A stretch of DNA of 64,000 nucleotides from Welwitschia mirabilis (Eukaryota). A model generated the notes under the pieces. That model saw only the letters and a program-made list of their open reading frames with translations. It was not told the DNA's origin and made no database searches. The stretch spans positions 47,674,809 through 47,738,808 of the forward strand of contig JBOZIK010000001.1 in the NCBI GenBank assembly GCA_051453625.1. Direction: 5' to 3'. Position 1 is the stretch's first letter. Each line of letters starts with the position of its first letter. Made by a program: the position numbers and the translations under genes. Below are positions 1 through 12,703 of this stretch, in pieces.

Positions 1-2388
1 ACTATATAAAATATATAAAGTCACACTATAAAGGAATAAATAATATCAAGAGATTTGGCTTCACTTCCAACATTTTTGGCTCAAAATTTGATATTCAAGG
101 GTCAACTAGCTAAAGTTGTGGTTTGCTCCCCAAGAAGGAATTGCAAAAGTAAGTCTTTAAGATACGCTAAAACACTCTAAATGCTTAGCAAAACACATTG
201 AAGTCAATGAGATGCTTGATGCTCTCTAACAACAACAATTCTCTAGGTAAGAATGCATTTGTGCAAAATTTATAATGTCTTATTAAAGAGCTTACCATGA
301 TCACATACTTCACAGACGATAACAAAGATTGTAGTATCAACTCTCTTCCCCTATGATGCTGGATGCAACTCAGACAAAGCAAAAGCAAAGAATTCATAAA
401 CCAAACTCTAGAGGTTATGAAATGGGAGCACCTTCCAACGAATCAAATTCAGGACCCCTTTGCATGCCTTTGTGTTTCTTCATTTTGATGCGAGAGCATC
501 CCATAGCATTGTACATTTGGTATGCTTCTACTATGTTTTAGTGTAGATGTTTCAGCAAGCAACCATGGTAGAAGTTCAATACAACCACAGTATGTTCTTT
601 TCGACATTCTGCGACTCTCTGTGCGATCGACTGCATAATTATTCAGTCAACCTGCCTATTAACAAAGTTCAGAAGTTATCAGGATCGCAACCAGGTGATC
701 ACACTGTTTATCTGATCAATTCCACTATCAACAGAATTTGGTAAAACCATATCCAGACATCCAGACAGTTTGGTTGAAGATTTTATCCAAACAATAAAAG
801 GAATGTTTGCTGTTTTAGCACCCAAAAGGTGCAGGAATGATCTTTTAACATTTAGGAATGATAGAAATAGTAAAAAGAACTTCTAGCAAGGGATACTGCA
901 CATTGTGGAATCAGCTAGGTAATAAAGAGAGTCCTTTGGATTCCTTGGAAGAGGAAAAGATAGTAGCTTATTTGGATTTAGTTTACACAGATCGTGATTT
1001 GCAATCGGCTCCTTGGCCTCGACGAAATCTACCCTCAAAGGCAAGAAACCAGCTTTCCTGAGGTTTCCTTCTTGAGCTCAGTTTGGAACAAAAGATACTA
1101 ACCATTGGATAATGGTCCTCAATGCGCAATTCATACTTCAGACCCCTTTTGCCATTTTGTTTTATGAGCAAATCTTGCAAGTAACCTAGATCTTTATTCC
1201 ATTTTCTCAATTCAATAACAAGTCATACAGAAAGTAATTTTTCAAAAGATAGATATTCAAAAGTGATTCTGAATTGAAGGAATAATTATTAACTTCAAGA
1301 GTGGCAATGCAAAAATCAAAGAATCTCCTATCCTGATTAGCAGTCCTTGGGATTGCAACATATGGTGTGCATGATTGTCATCTCCGTTAACAATCACAAA
1401 ATGGGAAAAAAAAGGTTTGGATTTCTCAAGGAATGCATAATTTCAAATGATTTAAAAACACCCCAATTGCAAAAACGAAAAAATTGCCCTTGAAAATTTT
1501 GACATCAATTAAGTATAGTAAAAATAAATTTTGCTCAATACTCATCCTCAATTTACTAATTCTCTAAACAAACTTCAAAACCATAAGGTCAACACTCAAA
1601 ATCTTCATGAAAAGCTCAAGTTCCATTGGACAGAACAGGTCACACTGTGAAAGTATACTCCTAGCCGACTGCCTAACCTTTTGTTTTATAACATAATTCT
1701 TTGATGAAGAAATTAGGGTTAGATTTCAAAGGATGAACCCCTTTTAAGTCTTAACCTTAGGCTTTAAACATAAAACTAAAGTCATTTTAATAATCAACAT
1801 TTTAATAACTAAAATATAAAAAATAATCAAAATCATTAGAAAATCTAAGTTTTAATAATCTTAATCATGAACAATAAAAGAGATTTCAAAAAATTATAAA
1901 AACAATTAGAAAATGATTAAAAAACATTAATAATAATGATAAAAGGGGAAGCAATAAGCATTTGTTCCCCTGTCACCCATTGCCACTTTTGCTTAAAACC
2001 AAAATGGATCCCTAAAGGAAATGAATCTATTGGATGCTTAAGCTTTAATTTCTGCTATGATTTTAGCAGTCTTGTATCAAAACGATTTCTTTTCTTTGAT
2101 GTTTTCTTGAATGCAATCTATTAAATCGTCATAATGTATTTAGATTTCAAATCAATCAAAGCTTCATTTTTAGAATCATCACTATTGGATTCGTGATGGG
2201 ATTGTCTTCGGCTACTTGAGTATCTTCTTGAATATCTTAGGCAAACTCTTGGTAGTCTCAGATGACATGTTTTATTTGAGAACATTATTCGATGCAAGTT
2301 ACTAATCTAGAGCACATCTTCAAAATTTTGGAATTCATTTTTATCATAGATCTCTTTGAATATATTACTTCATTCTTCAAACTTCGTG

Positions 2389-2405
2389 GCTCTGATACCA
2401 TGTAA
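2389..2405 (-). mobile_element. LTR-retrotransposon primer-binding site (tRNA-iMet) and LTR edge, orphan remnant
   Basis: The minus strand reads ...TTACA TGGTATCAGAGC, an LTR-terminal CA directly followed by a canonical PBS. Confidence 0.6.
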
Positions 2406-2559
2406 TTTTAGGATTGTAACATCATGAAAGAATGACCATAGGAGATACGAGTCAGAATATATGAGGAAAACTAATTTACTGTATTAACCAATAACTAAGG
2501 TAATTAGATTTTAAAAAATTAATGTAATGGAAAGCACTAGGAAATAGGATCTCATAGTA

Positions 2560-2870
2560 ACCAAATTGAACTGTTATACCATTTGTTTTGGTTCAAGACT
2601 TATATTATTGTCTAAGTTGGGCTTCTATAAGAATGTGGGTGTTGAGCATTTCTCACTTATGTACACAAAAGCAATGATGGGTAACAAAACATGGCCTATA
2701 AGTGTTCAACATTCTTTTATTAAAGGGAGTCTTCACTGTGCTTCCTTGTTTATCTATTTACATTCTCCATTAACTTGATAAGCAAGAAGAAGACATATCC
2801 ATGATGCACCACGTTCATTATAGACATTAGTATACAGTAGACTTTGTTTAAGGGGAGAGGGTGTTAAAAG
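2560..2870 (+). mobile_element. Copia RNase H / PPT remnant
   Basis: CYTICFGSRLILLSK resembles the copia RNase H segment GYxFxLGSxxISWxSK. It ends in purine tract AAGGGGAGAGGG followed by TGTT. Confidence 0.4.
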
Positions 2871-3429
2871 TATAAAGTGTGTTTGCAAAGGCAACCTTGA
2901 TGTGCAACAGGAAGGGTCTGTGATAGGCGGGACAAAAGATTGGCATGAAACTACAGCTCACCAATTTGATGAATCATTTCTCAATTAAGAGAGAGTTACA
3001 TACTGATAATAAGAAATACAAGTGGATCCACAAACCATGGATCATATCCCACAAAACAGGAACAAACTGGTAACTTGTACTAAACAGATGCAAACTAATC
3101 TTAGTGGTTTGCTGGCATACCCATTGCACCTTATTTAAAAAGAGATCCCAACATAGAGAAACATTTAATAAGAGTTGTTCCATCATTATTAGAGTCTCAG
3201 CCCTTGGCAAAGTATATTACTTCTGATCCCATGCCAAATGGTAGAAAAATTCAATTCATTTCCTATAAGACCTTATTTTATAGTACTTCCAAGTACATGA
3301 CATATTTAATTTCCTTAGTTATCTAAGAATACGGTACTCTGCTTATGTATTCTTACTCATATTTTATGTTCATTCTTTCATATGTTGATGACCCTAAATT
3401 AAAATGACAATTCCTCTCTAAAGGCAAAA

Positions 3430-4330
3430 GAGCTTTTAAGGATGGATAAAAAGGACAGCCCTTATCACTTCAAAGGAGGACCTATTGGAAACTTTGGCAG
3501 ATTATTAGTGTGATGTCATTTCTCCCCAACACTCAAATGTTAGCCTTCTCAAAATGGAAGGCCATCTTGTAGACTTGGTAGAGCATTGAGAGCATATCCC
3601 TTCCTCTTCAATACTCACGCAAGACTGGGATGTTGGTTGAGCTTTCTCAAACGCCATAGACATGACCTCTTGCAACTTGGTAAAAGGATTATAACCCTTC
3701 CTCTCTAGTGCTCAAGGACTTGCTTGGACATTGGTTGGACTAAATCTCTCAATCCTAAGAGGACAAGGGTCTACAAAAGGCTCATCTCCAAGGTATAAAG
3801 AGTCACTATCAAAATAGCAACTTTCACAACTTCAAGTGACTAGCAAAAGAACACTAACCTTCTGAGGATAGGGGACTTTAGTTCTGCCCCATTTGTCTTT
3901 GCTAATTGGAGTCACAAAGCTCTCTCAATGGAGAAGTCACACAACTCTCTCAATGGAGTCATGAAGACAGACAGCAGATGTAGTTGACTTTAGGTTTTGG
4001 GCATTTTAGGCACCATTTCAGCAAAGATTTTGTCATCAAAAAAGACTAGATTTGTTCAAGCAGAAATAGAAAACTTCTCCTAATCTTGTTCTTCTTCCAT
4101 TTGAGCTACCATTGGAGTTACAACTTGGATTGTTTCCAAGTAAACTTCCACATAGACTGCATAATTGGAGCAAAGGCCTGAGGAACACTGCCAAGCTTCA
4201 AGGCCTCTCCAAAAATCTTGGTAGGAATTGCCTTTGATAGGTATACATGGTCATGTAAACTCTATAAGCTTCTTGGCAAGGTGTGTGCTNNNNNNNNNNN
4301 NNNNNNNNNNNNNNNNNNNAAGTAGACCTA
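3430..4330 (-). mobile_element. Degenerate gypsy-like fragment inside the gene's intron or downstream region
   Basis: The minus strand near 3460-3510 reads approximately NRSSFEVI, like the integrase SPFEVVYG motif. The rest is too decayed to assign. Confidence 0.3.
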
Positions 4331-5848
4331 CACATTCATGTAAACTCTGCAAGTTTCTTAACAATATGAAGAAACTAGGATATTCCTTTTTCCACATTTT
4401 ATGCATTCAACAACAAACAATAATAGGAGGAAAATGACTTGGGCAAACTATAGCTTGATCTTAGCTAGGAGTAAAATTCTAGGTTACAGCTTGACCATAT
4501 TCTTATAAAATAATAGATCATGATCTACAGCTACAACCTAACTCTCGCATAAAAAATGCTATGCTTTTACATGTGAGCGAAATGAACATGACTGGAAAGA
4601 TGGATGTTCGGTAGTTTAGTTACTATGCAGAGTTAAAAAATTAACAAAGTACAAAACAAAACAGGGAAACACGTAAATTTGTTAGCTGAGGCACCAACCA
4701 CCATATATAAATGTTAATGTAACCCGTGTCTGTAGCCTTCTCTTATGGCGTAAACTCTTAATGTTCTATTCGTATATATGTTTCCATGAAATGTAAGTGA
4801 GTGAGTGAAATTGCAGCATAAAAACAGCCTTCTACTCTTTTTGCTGGTCCATTGTTGTGGATGCACACTTCTTCTTTGTTTCTCTGCAATTGCTTTTTGT
4901 GATATAATGTAATAATATAAATAGAATGTAGTGTTCTCTTGTCAGAATAAGCATCATTCTACTTCTTTCAAGTACATATCCATCAGAAGACATGACATAA
5001 AGCTTTCAATTACAGTCCAATTTCCAAAAGATGAATCACAGAACTCTCTGCATTCTTGGCTAAAGGCCAAAACCACTTTCCAAAAGTCCAAAACATCTTT
5101 CATGCCAGAAATGTTTTAAAACTGCATGAAAATCCCTTAGACATTAACCCATACATGCAACCGATGATTTATCGTAACATTGGAGATCAAAAGAACTCTA
5201 TGGCAACAAAAAGCTCAAAATGAAGTAGCTACCTAAAGCAAAACTAATGATAAAAGTTTTTGAATCATTCATTTTTTCATTAACTATTTCTGTTCAAACT
5301 AGTTATATCATCATTTTCACATCCCTAACAATTTCTCCTATATGAGCATGCTGTAAGCATATTTTAATTTGCATATGAGATTATACTGGATCTCTAACAT
5401 GTAAAGGCAAATTATACACGGTTTTTAATTATTGCATAAAGTGGAGAGGCTGGAAGTTGGTAGATGAAATGATGAGACCACATGTTGTTGCATTCATGAA
5501 TGCAGCCCCTGCATCTGCCTTTGAATGACAGACTGCTACAACTATAAACTAAGCCAAAAATTCTATTATCAGAATATCCAAGACAGGTTTGATAAGCTAT
5601 CATGACAACACAATTGGCACTAGAACAACCTTAAACTTAAGAGCCCCTGGATATTTTCTCTACAACCCACACTAAAGACCCTTGAAGTAACCTCTGCCCT
5701 TCCATGATAGAAACATTTGTATTTATTCCAGCAATTTACATAGTAGGAATCTGAACTAGTTCCTGATGACTGATCCCTACATCTAACATGATAAGGTTTT
5801 GAAATTGGCTCTTGATGATGAAAGACACAACCCCCTACCTTGTTGTCA

Positions 5849-6345
5849 ACATCTCGTAGCTAGCGTGTACAATTTCTAAGAGCTTATGACCTAATTCTTG
5901 TCATATATCCACTTTTCACAAAATATTAACAAAGCAACAATACTCCATTCCTTAATAATGTCAGTGTTACATCTACCTTGCATGACAATATGCAACCCTT
6001 AATGAAAGAATTTTCATACATGTCTGTGGGAAAAGGAAAAAGACAAACATCCTCCAGCTTCATTCTAACCATCTGAATTTGGGTCTTGATGACCAAAAGA
6101 TTACTATCTACCACTTTGTGACATCTCATAGCTAGCTCATGCTAGGTTATTATGAACGTGTCACTGTATTCTTTCTGTGTGTCTCCCTTTTACTAAATAC
6201 TAACAAAAGAACAATACTTCATTTCTTAATAGTGTCAGTGTTACATTTATCTTTCATGACGATATGCAACAGTAAAAGAAAGAATTCCATAAGTGGATAT
6301 GCAAAAAGAAACAGCAAAATACCTCTTCTAGCTCTACTGCACCAC
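5849..6345. repeat. Diverged tandem duplication, period about 272 bp
   Basis: ACATCTC(G/A)TAGCTAGC occurs at 5849 and 6121. Both copies share the block AACAATACTYCATTYCTTAATARTGTCAGTGTTACATYTAYCTT-CATGACRATATGCAAC. Confidence 0.8.
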
Positions 6346-6421
6346 CTCGGCAAAGATAGCCCCAACAAGCTTTTCTAACTTTGTCTCCATGAATCCCATA
6401 GTCCTGTTTCTCTGCAAATGC
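6323..6421 (-). CDS. BTB/POZ protein, coding exon 4
   Basis: Acceptor ATTACAG. Encodes AFAEKQDYGIHGDKVRKACWGYLCRGGAVELEE (99 nt). Donor GAG|GTATTT. The four exons sum to 552 nt with no stop codon. Confidence 0.9.
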
Positions 6422-6503
6422 CTGTAATGCATAAGAAATGTCAAGCGACTAAGCATGATAAGCGAAATCACCAATATCATACATATAGATAAATGAAAAG
6501 AAC

Positions 6504-6572
6504 CTGGTAAACTAAAATATTTGAGCTCCAAATTTCAGCTGTTATAAAATCAGTGCACAATGAACAAAGGTC
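6504..6572 (-). CDS. BTB/POZ protein, coding exon 3
   Basis: Acceptor GTTTGCAG. Encodes DLCSLCTDFITAEIWSSNILVYQ (69 nt). Donor CAG|GTTCTT. Confidence 0.9.
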
Positions 6573-6692
6573 CTGCAAACAATAAAATAACATAACTGCT
6601 TGATGGTATTGCATACTAGTAGTTGCTTAATAATTAGTTTGATTAGTTCACTTAAACCAGCAGCTTGGTTGCTTCTTAAGATTTCTAATTAC

Positions 6693-6876
6693 CTGAAGAT
6701 CGAGAAAGGAAGCAGCTGCAAGAACACGAAAAGCATTATTTTCATTAAGTTTGGGGTAAATACCATACAAATAAGACAATGCCATGTCGATGGCCTCTTT
6801 ATTAACATTTTCATCATCTATTTTCAGTGTTACAACTGAAGCAGAAGCCTCCTTCCATGGACCTTGGAGCATATGC
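6693..6876 (-). CDS. BTB/POZ protein, coding exon 2
   Basis: Acceptor TTTATCTGCAG|G, phase-compatible with exon 1. Encodes HMLQGPWKEASASVVTLKIDDENVNKEAIDMALSYLYGIYPKLNENNAFRVLAAASFLDLQ. Donor CAG|GTAATT. Confidence 0.92.
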
Positions 6877-8902
6877 CTGCAGATAAAAACAATGCATCAA
6901 AGTACCTGAAATAGATCTTCGGATAGTTCATGACACATCCATGATTCGGATATATTTTTCTTAACAAATACGTGCACACATGAACAACCTTGGAGAAAAG
7001 ACATAATGATGTCATAAAAAGAGCTAAGAAGCAACATAGCTAAGCACACTGCCTCTTTGGTTTCTCTCCATAAATATGTTAAATCATTCAACATGTCACA
7101 TGTACCCAATAGAATCCAGCACATCTAATTAAACAGCAGTAGGAGTCTTTTGAAAGTTCATTTCAAAACTGTTGGCTGCATTACAGATAAATTTCACTTA
7201 CCAATACTATAAAAGTGGCTTTGGGTAACTTCTAATGTGCTACAATTTCTATGTAATAAGCTACAGTGGTCACTTCTGTAGAAATTTGGGCTACAATTTT
7301 GCTTCATCAAGGTCAAAAAGGCTCCCTTTATCTGCAATTTCATGTTTTTCCATTGTAGATAAGAACAACTTCACAATTTCGCACAAATCTTCTACTTAGA
7401 TTTATTTACATGCACTTTAGTATTTGTTTTAGAGTTCCATTTAGGTGTTCTCATATAATTATATCCTTTAAGACCTGAAATCAACATGTAACATAGTATA
7501 TTGCATAGAAAATGGTTCCTAATTATCATAATTTAACAGTTCAATTGACTACTTTGATTTTTAGTTTGTTAAGCTTTTTATCAATCTTTCAAAATCAGAA
7601 CATTTCTATTAATTTTCAAAATATCTAAACCTAATTGATATACTTTTTTAAATATGAATAAGAAAGAACTAAAAGGTGGGCAACACATAAAGATAGATAT
7701 TGAATACATCTCAAATTGTTTAAGCATTTGATCATCTCTTAGATGATCTTCTCCCTATAGATCAAAGTTGAAAGTATTGACCCTCAGTCTGTTGACTTAG
7801 AGACCAAAATTTGCTACTTAAAATCACTTTTGGATCTGTGGAACAAAAAAATGAAGACGAAAGTAACAGTCATTATAAGAGATGTATATGAAGCAGGCAG
7901 TTCCAAAATCTCAAAAAGAAAACCTCGCATAGCAGCTTTAATAAAAAGAGAAAAAGACAAAAAGTCCTAAAGTGAAGAACATTTTGTTTAACTGTCACTA
8001 TCAGCTTAGAGACCATCAAAACGAATGATTGCCTATGAATGGGTTCAGCTACTTCATTCAATTTATATTAACATATAAGAACAAAGAAGCACATAACTTA
8101 TTGTGTGAAATGAACTTCTGAAAAACAGATGGACAAATGAGATGTGTTTCTTATTTTTCAATGAGATGTAGTGAGAAGTAGCATATATTTTCTTTAATAG
8201 TTCCCAGAACTTTCCTTTCAAAAGGTGATTAGAACCCAGTAACTAAGTTTAAAGTGAAAAGGGAATGCAGAGGTGGTAGGCATAAAAGTTGAACGTCTCT
8301 ACATCTTCTTGTATTAGAACAAGCCTTTTAAAATATGGATCATAGAATCTGTCGATCGAAGCAAAGACTTTAAACCTGTAAGTTCAAGAAAGTGATAGGT
8401 AAATTTACTCCAGAGAAACAAAGAAGGTAGAGACATGATTGATCATGTAGAAAACAATTGATGTATACGCCCCACCCAAGGAATTAAAGTAAGAGATAGC
8501 AATAAAATAATCCTTGACGTAAAGTGTAGTTAAGGAGAACATTGGACGCAATAAGTTGAAATTTTGAATGCAAGCCTCTCAAACAGAGAAGACGAAAAGA
8601 CAAAGTAGCCATGGCACAGATATTGTATGTTGCTCAAAAACATTAAGCAGTATTGAAAAACAAAAATTCTATTCCCAACAAAGCTATGAATCAGACATTC
8701 TGTAAAAAGTCAAGGGTCCTTTATCCTAAAGTTGGAAAGCATTGTAAACTCAATAGTTTCTGTATGTAAGCAACAATCTAAATGCTGATAAGAAAATTGA
8801 AATCACAACGAATCGTCTTTTCTTGACATTCATACTTTCTAACATTCAAAAAAAAACAAAAGGAACGAAAAAACCAAATGTTGTGAAAATAGAAACTCAA
8901 AC

Positions 8903-9102
8903 CTAAAATACGAACTCCGCGAGAGAATAAGCTTGTGTAATTTAAAGGTTGAGCCCATGCATTCAATCGTCATGTCGGAAAAGGCGCCTGAATTCCAGGC
9001 ATCCATTTGAATGTGTTGACAAAGTGACGCCAAGTTAATGTCGATAGTCTTCAACTCCTCCAAGCTCCCACATTCAGTCGTCGAACCATCCACATCTCCC
9101 AT
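8903..9102 (-). CDS. BTB/POZ domain protein (plant germ cell-less-like family), coding exon 1
   Basis: ATG at 9102 gives MGDVDGSTTECGSLEELKTIDINLASLCQHIQMDAWNSGAFSDMTIECMGSTFKLHKLILSRSSYFR, a BTB start of the FSD...LH(K/R)LILSRSSYFR type. It ends at donor AG|GTTTGA, phase 2. A candidate acceptor TTTGCAG at 9178 suggests an upstream intron, so the true start codon is uncertain. Confidence 0.88.
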
Positions 9103-9658
9103 TTTGCATGTAAATACTTCAACAAATCTGCAAATGCTTTCAATTGCCTTGCCAGGTCGGAGTACGGCAAGCTTCGTCTGCAAATAAACAGCTTGAAAAC
9201 AGACTTATGGAAGGAACTGTAACAAAGAGTTGGTCAGCAGAATGGATGAGGCATCCGAAAGCTGAATCAACGATTTGTAACGTGTTATAGAATCCTGATT
9301 GTTGAATTTTATTGGAAATAAACACAAAGCCTAACAAATAAATACAAATAAGGAGTTGAAAAGGGATTTTAGGAGCTGTAAGCAAAGTTCAATTATACTT
9401 TCAATAGTTTAAAACACAATAAATAAATAAATGATAATTAACTTTTAATATTTTGAGTACCAAGAAATAAGGAATCATGCATAGTACTATCTGGCTATAG
9501 GAATTCCTGGTATCTAAAAGTTAGTTTTTTTTCAATTGAAACACTACACTTTATTTTTTTCCTATTTCTCAAAAAGATGGTAAAAAATATTTGTAAAATT
9601 TAATGTATAACTTTCAGAATATCAGGTATAATTTTGTCATATCAATAATATGTTAATG

Positions 9659-9722
9659 GGATGGTGGTCTAGCTGGTGGGATAAACGTCTTCCATTTAGA
9701 AGGCCAGGGATTCAAATCTTTA
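9659..9722 (+). repeat. tRNA-derived SINE-like head (Pol III A/B boxes)
   Basis: TGGTCTAGCTGG (A-box-like) is followed about 35 nt later by GGATTCAAATC (B-box-like). No cloverleaf can be drawn. Confidence 0.4.
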
Positions 9723-9959
9723 GATGACCTAATTTGCATACTATAAGGCTTTAGGCATAACTAAATTATTTGTTAGGTAATTATGGTGGCACTCCTAAAG
9801 GGCAAGCATGACCACCAAAAGTTTCAAGTTCAATATCCTTCAAATATTGATAATATAATTACATAAAACATGATATTATAATGTTTATCGAAGGAAATAT
9901 TTCTATTTGTTATATTCAAATTAAAATTGTACCCTGATTCCCAAAGACATATAATTTTG

Positions 9960-11460
9960 AATTACTATTTAAAAGAAACCTCCCCTAAATTCCATTCGAA
10001 TCACCATCCTATTCTCATAAAGCCCAACAAATCCTCTTCTTTATCATTACATCTTCCAATTGTCACATTCTTACTAGTGGACACAAATTTGATCTTCCAG
10101 TGATAAAGTCTAAAATACTCCAATTAATAACACACAATCATTCATCAATGTTTATAAACTTGAAATTCTCCAAAGGGTCCTTAAAATTTGGAAGAAAGGG
10201 TAATTGAATGAACTTCGAATAAGGAAATCAAAACTCAAAGGAAGAATGAAGAAAGTGACACTTTTATGAAACCAAAAAGGGAACTTCTTGCAACTGAACC
10301 TGATGTATGATGAAAGGAAGAAATACATTGGAAGCAATGATGTCAAATAAAATGAATTTCCAAAGATGATATGGATGCTAAATGCTTCTTCAAGATAAAC
10401 CTTCTCCTCCCTCCCCCTCTTTCACATTGTGTAAGCAATGTATCTATTATCTAATTCAAAAATGTTAATGAAGTTTTAAGAACATAAGTGTGTCTAAATG
10501 ACATTTCCATTAGCATACCCTTATCAGATGAACATAAACATTTACTGAATGACAGATTTATAAAAAAGAAATTTGGCAGGAACTATCAACTATGCAAGAT
10601 GGCAAAGTTTTAAGACTAAATGGATTTGGAGACAAATTTTTTAAAGTCTATGTACTCTAGCTAACAAGATTTACCAAAAGGGAAATTTTCATGTTCCTCT
10701 TAATGATTTCTTTTTATGCCTGGTTCTAAAGAAACATGATGCCACGATTACTTTTGATTGCCATCCTGTTAGCCTTTACAATGTCTTATACAAACATTAC
10801 TTAAAGCTTTGGGCAAGGCACTTGGCTTTAACACCCCCAAATATCATGGATGAAACCAATCCAAGTTCATTAAAAATAAATTAATTCATAATTATATTAT
10901 ATTAACAAATGATATTATCAAAGTAAACAAAAAAGAAATCAACCATGTTTGTAAAATTCGATATACCAAAAGTGTTTGATTTAATTCATGAGAGACCTCT
11001 TTTTTACCCTTTATCTAAAAAGGAGGAGATTCAATGAATATATAATCAAATTCATAAAACTTTTAACAAAATTAGCCTCTCTCACTTATTATTAATGGAA
11101 ATCATTATGGAGACGTCCAATTCGAATTTAAGCCAAGATAAGTAAGGCCCTTTTCATCTCTTCTTTTTGTCATAGTTATGAAATCCATGTCTTCCACAAA
11201 AATTTGAAATCAAAAGTTTACCATGTGCTCCATGATAGCCCATATTATAATTTGCATATGATTTTTTTTTAATCTAGTATTAGTACTACATCTAATGTAA
11301 AAACCCTCCTTAAATTTTGCTATTTCTTCTCTAAATTGAGAATTAACTTGAATGAGTAAAAAATTTACTTTATTGACACTAACATGGCTCCCAGAATAGA
11401 ATTCTTACTTTTTTATATTATGTCACAAGTTCATTTATATGTATATACCTAGGAGCATCA
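9960..11460 (+). mobile_element. Degenerate L1-type LINE ORF2 (end of endonuclease, linker, reverse transcriptase)
   Basis: Frameshifted motifs in the expected order: HHPIL (~10002); NGFGDKFFK (~10618); CHPVSLYNVLYK (~10758, cf. RPISLCNVLYK); DIPKVFD (~10960); INGN...SSLLFVIVM (~11090-11180); FAYD (~11251, cf. FADD). Confidence 0.8.
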
Positions 11461-11480
11461 AGTGATAAAGATGTGTGGAT

Positions 11481-11486
<6 letters not shown>

Positions 11487-11547
<61 letters not shown>
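11487..11547. repeat. (TG)n microsatellite
   Basis: About 30 TG units, directly visible. Confidence 0.98.
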
Positions 11548-11548
<1 letters not shown>

Positions 11549-12485
11549 TGCTGGGGAAGGGAAAGAAAAAGAATAAGAAGAAAGAGGTATTCAATAGAAT
11601 AAGCGTAAAACTTCATAAGTGGAAATATATTTTCTAAGTGTTGCTGCAACAATTTTACTAACAAAAGTTTGTATATGTTGCATTGTAATTTATATAGTAT
11701 AGTTTTTTTTCCTATCACAACCAAAATAGCTGATATCATAAATTCTACTATTCATAGTTTTTTCTAATCACATGAAAAATCTCATAGAATAATCCATCTT
11801 TTAAAATTTGAAATAGTGCTCAATGATGATTTATGAGATGTCTACATATTTGATTTATTTTAGATACTAATGTATGCATGTTGGTGAAGTTAGTTTATAG
11901 ATATCATTTAAATAAAAGTACTTCTTAAGTTTAGATTTTGTCAAAATCTATAGAGTAAGAGATATCAGTAAGGTTCTTATATTTAAAAATTGATAAAGAT
12001 AGTATGGCCTTTTCTACTTCAACCTAATGTTTTAGAAGATCAACTTCCTCTAGAAAATGATAAAATTAATGTGCAAATAATCTATAAAAAATTATTCAAA
12101 AGTAATAATAAATGAAAGAAGTTATGGAGACTCAAAATTCAAAAAAATATCCAAATGTTTATGTGATTTATTATCAATTAAAAACTTCTAATAACATATG
12201 AATAAAAACTTCATCATATCAATGTTCATTAGACTATTGATTCTATATAAAAGATATATAAAAACTACAATAGTAATTCTTTGATTATAAATTTGTCTAA
12301 CAATTTTGATATCGATTAGGAATAGATATTTAGCATTGTTTTTATACCATGTTTTTTTCACTTCTCAAAAAATCTAAGAATAGCTTATCTCATAGCCTTA
12401 TCAATTCTTTAAAAATATATAAATATAATTACATTAAAAAACTATAGACTCAAGAGCATAAAGTATGGAGATATAAAGGGAAGTA

Positions 12486-12703
12486 AAGCTTGGAATATAT
12501 GTTGTTGAAGTAGCTCGATGATTTCATTATTCATAAATGAATTTGTACAATAAGTTTTTACCATCTTTACATAACTACTTAACTAATCTAACTCTTACAC
12601 CGTTGGATCTCATCCATTATTATAAGATGAGTCAAAGATTAAGGCCTATCATAGACTCTAATTTTAGTGCATCAAGAACATCCATGTGCACTTTTATTAA
12701 TAC
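12486..12703 (+). repeat. Dispersed direct repeat, copy 1 (copy 2 at about 14900-15116)
   Basis: Shared blocks: GATGATTTCATT, ACAATAAGTTTTT, ATAACTACTTAACTAAT, TTGGATCTC(A/G)TCCAT, CCATGTGCA-TTTTATTAA. Confidence 0.8.

Noticed and set aside
858-1210. Short overlapping ORFs as downstream BTB exons
   Set aside because: No similarity to the expected continuation and no convincing splice pair.
11458-11739. ORF with a His-Thr repeat
   Set aside because: It is the translation of the (TG)n microsatellite.
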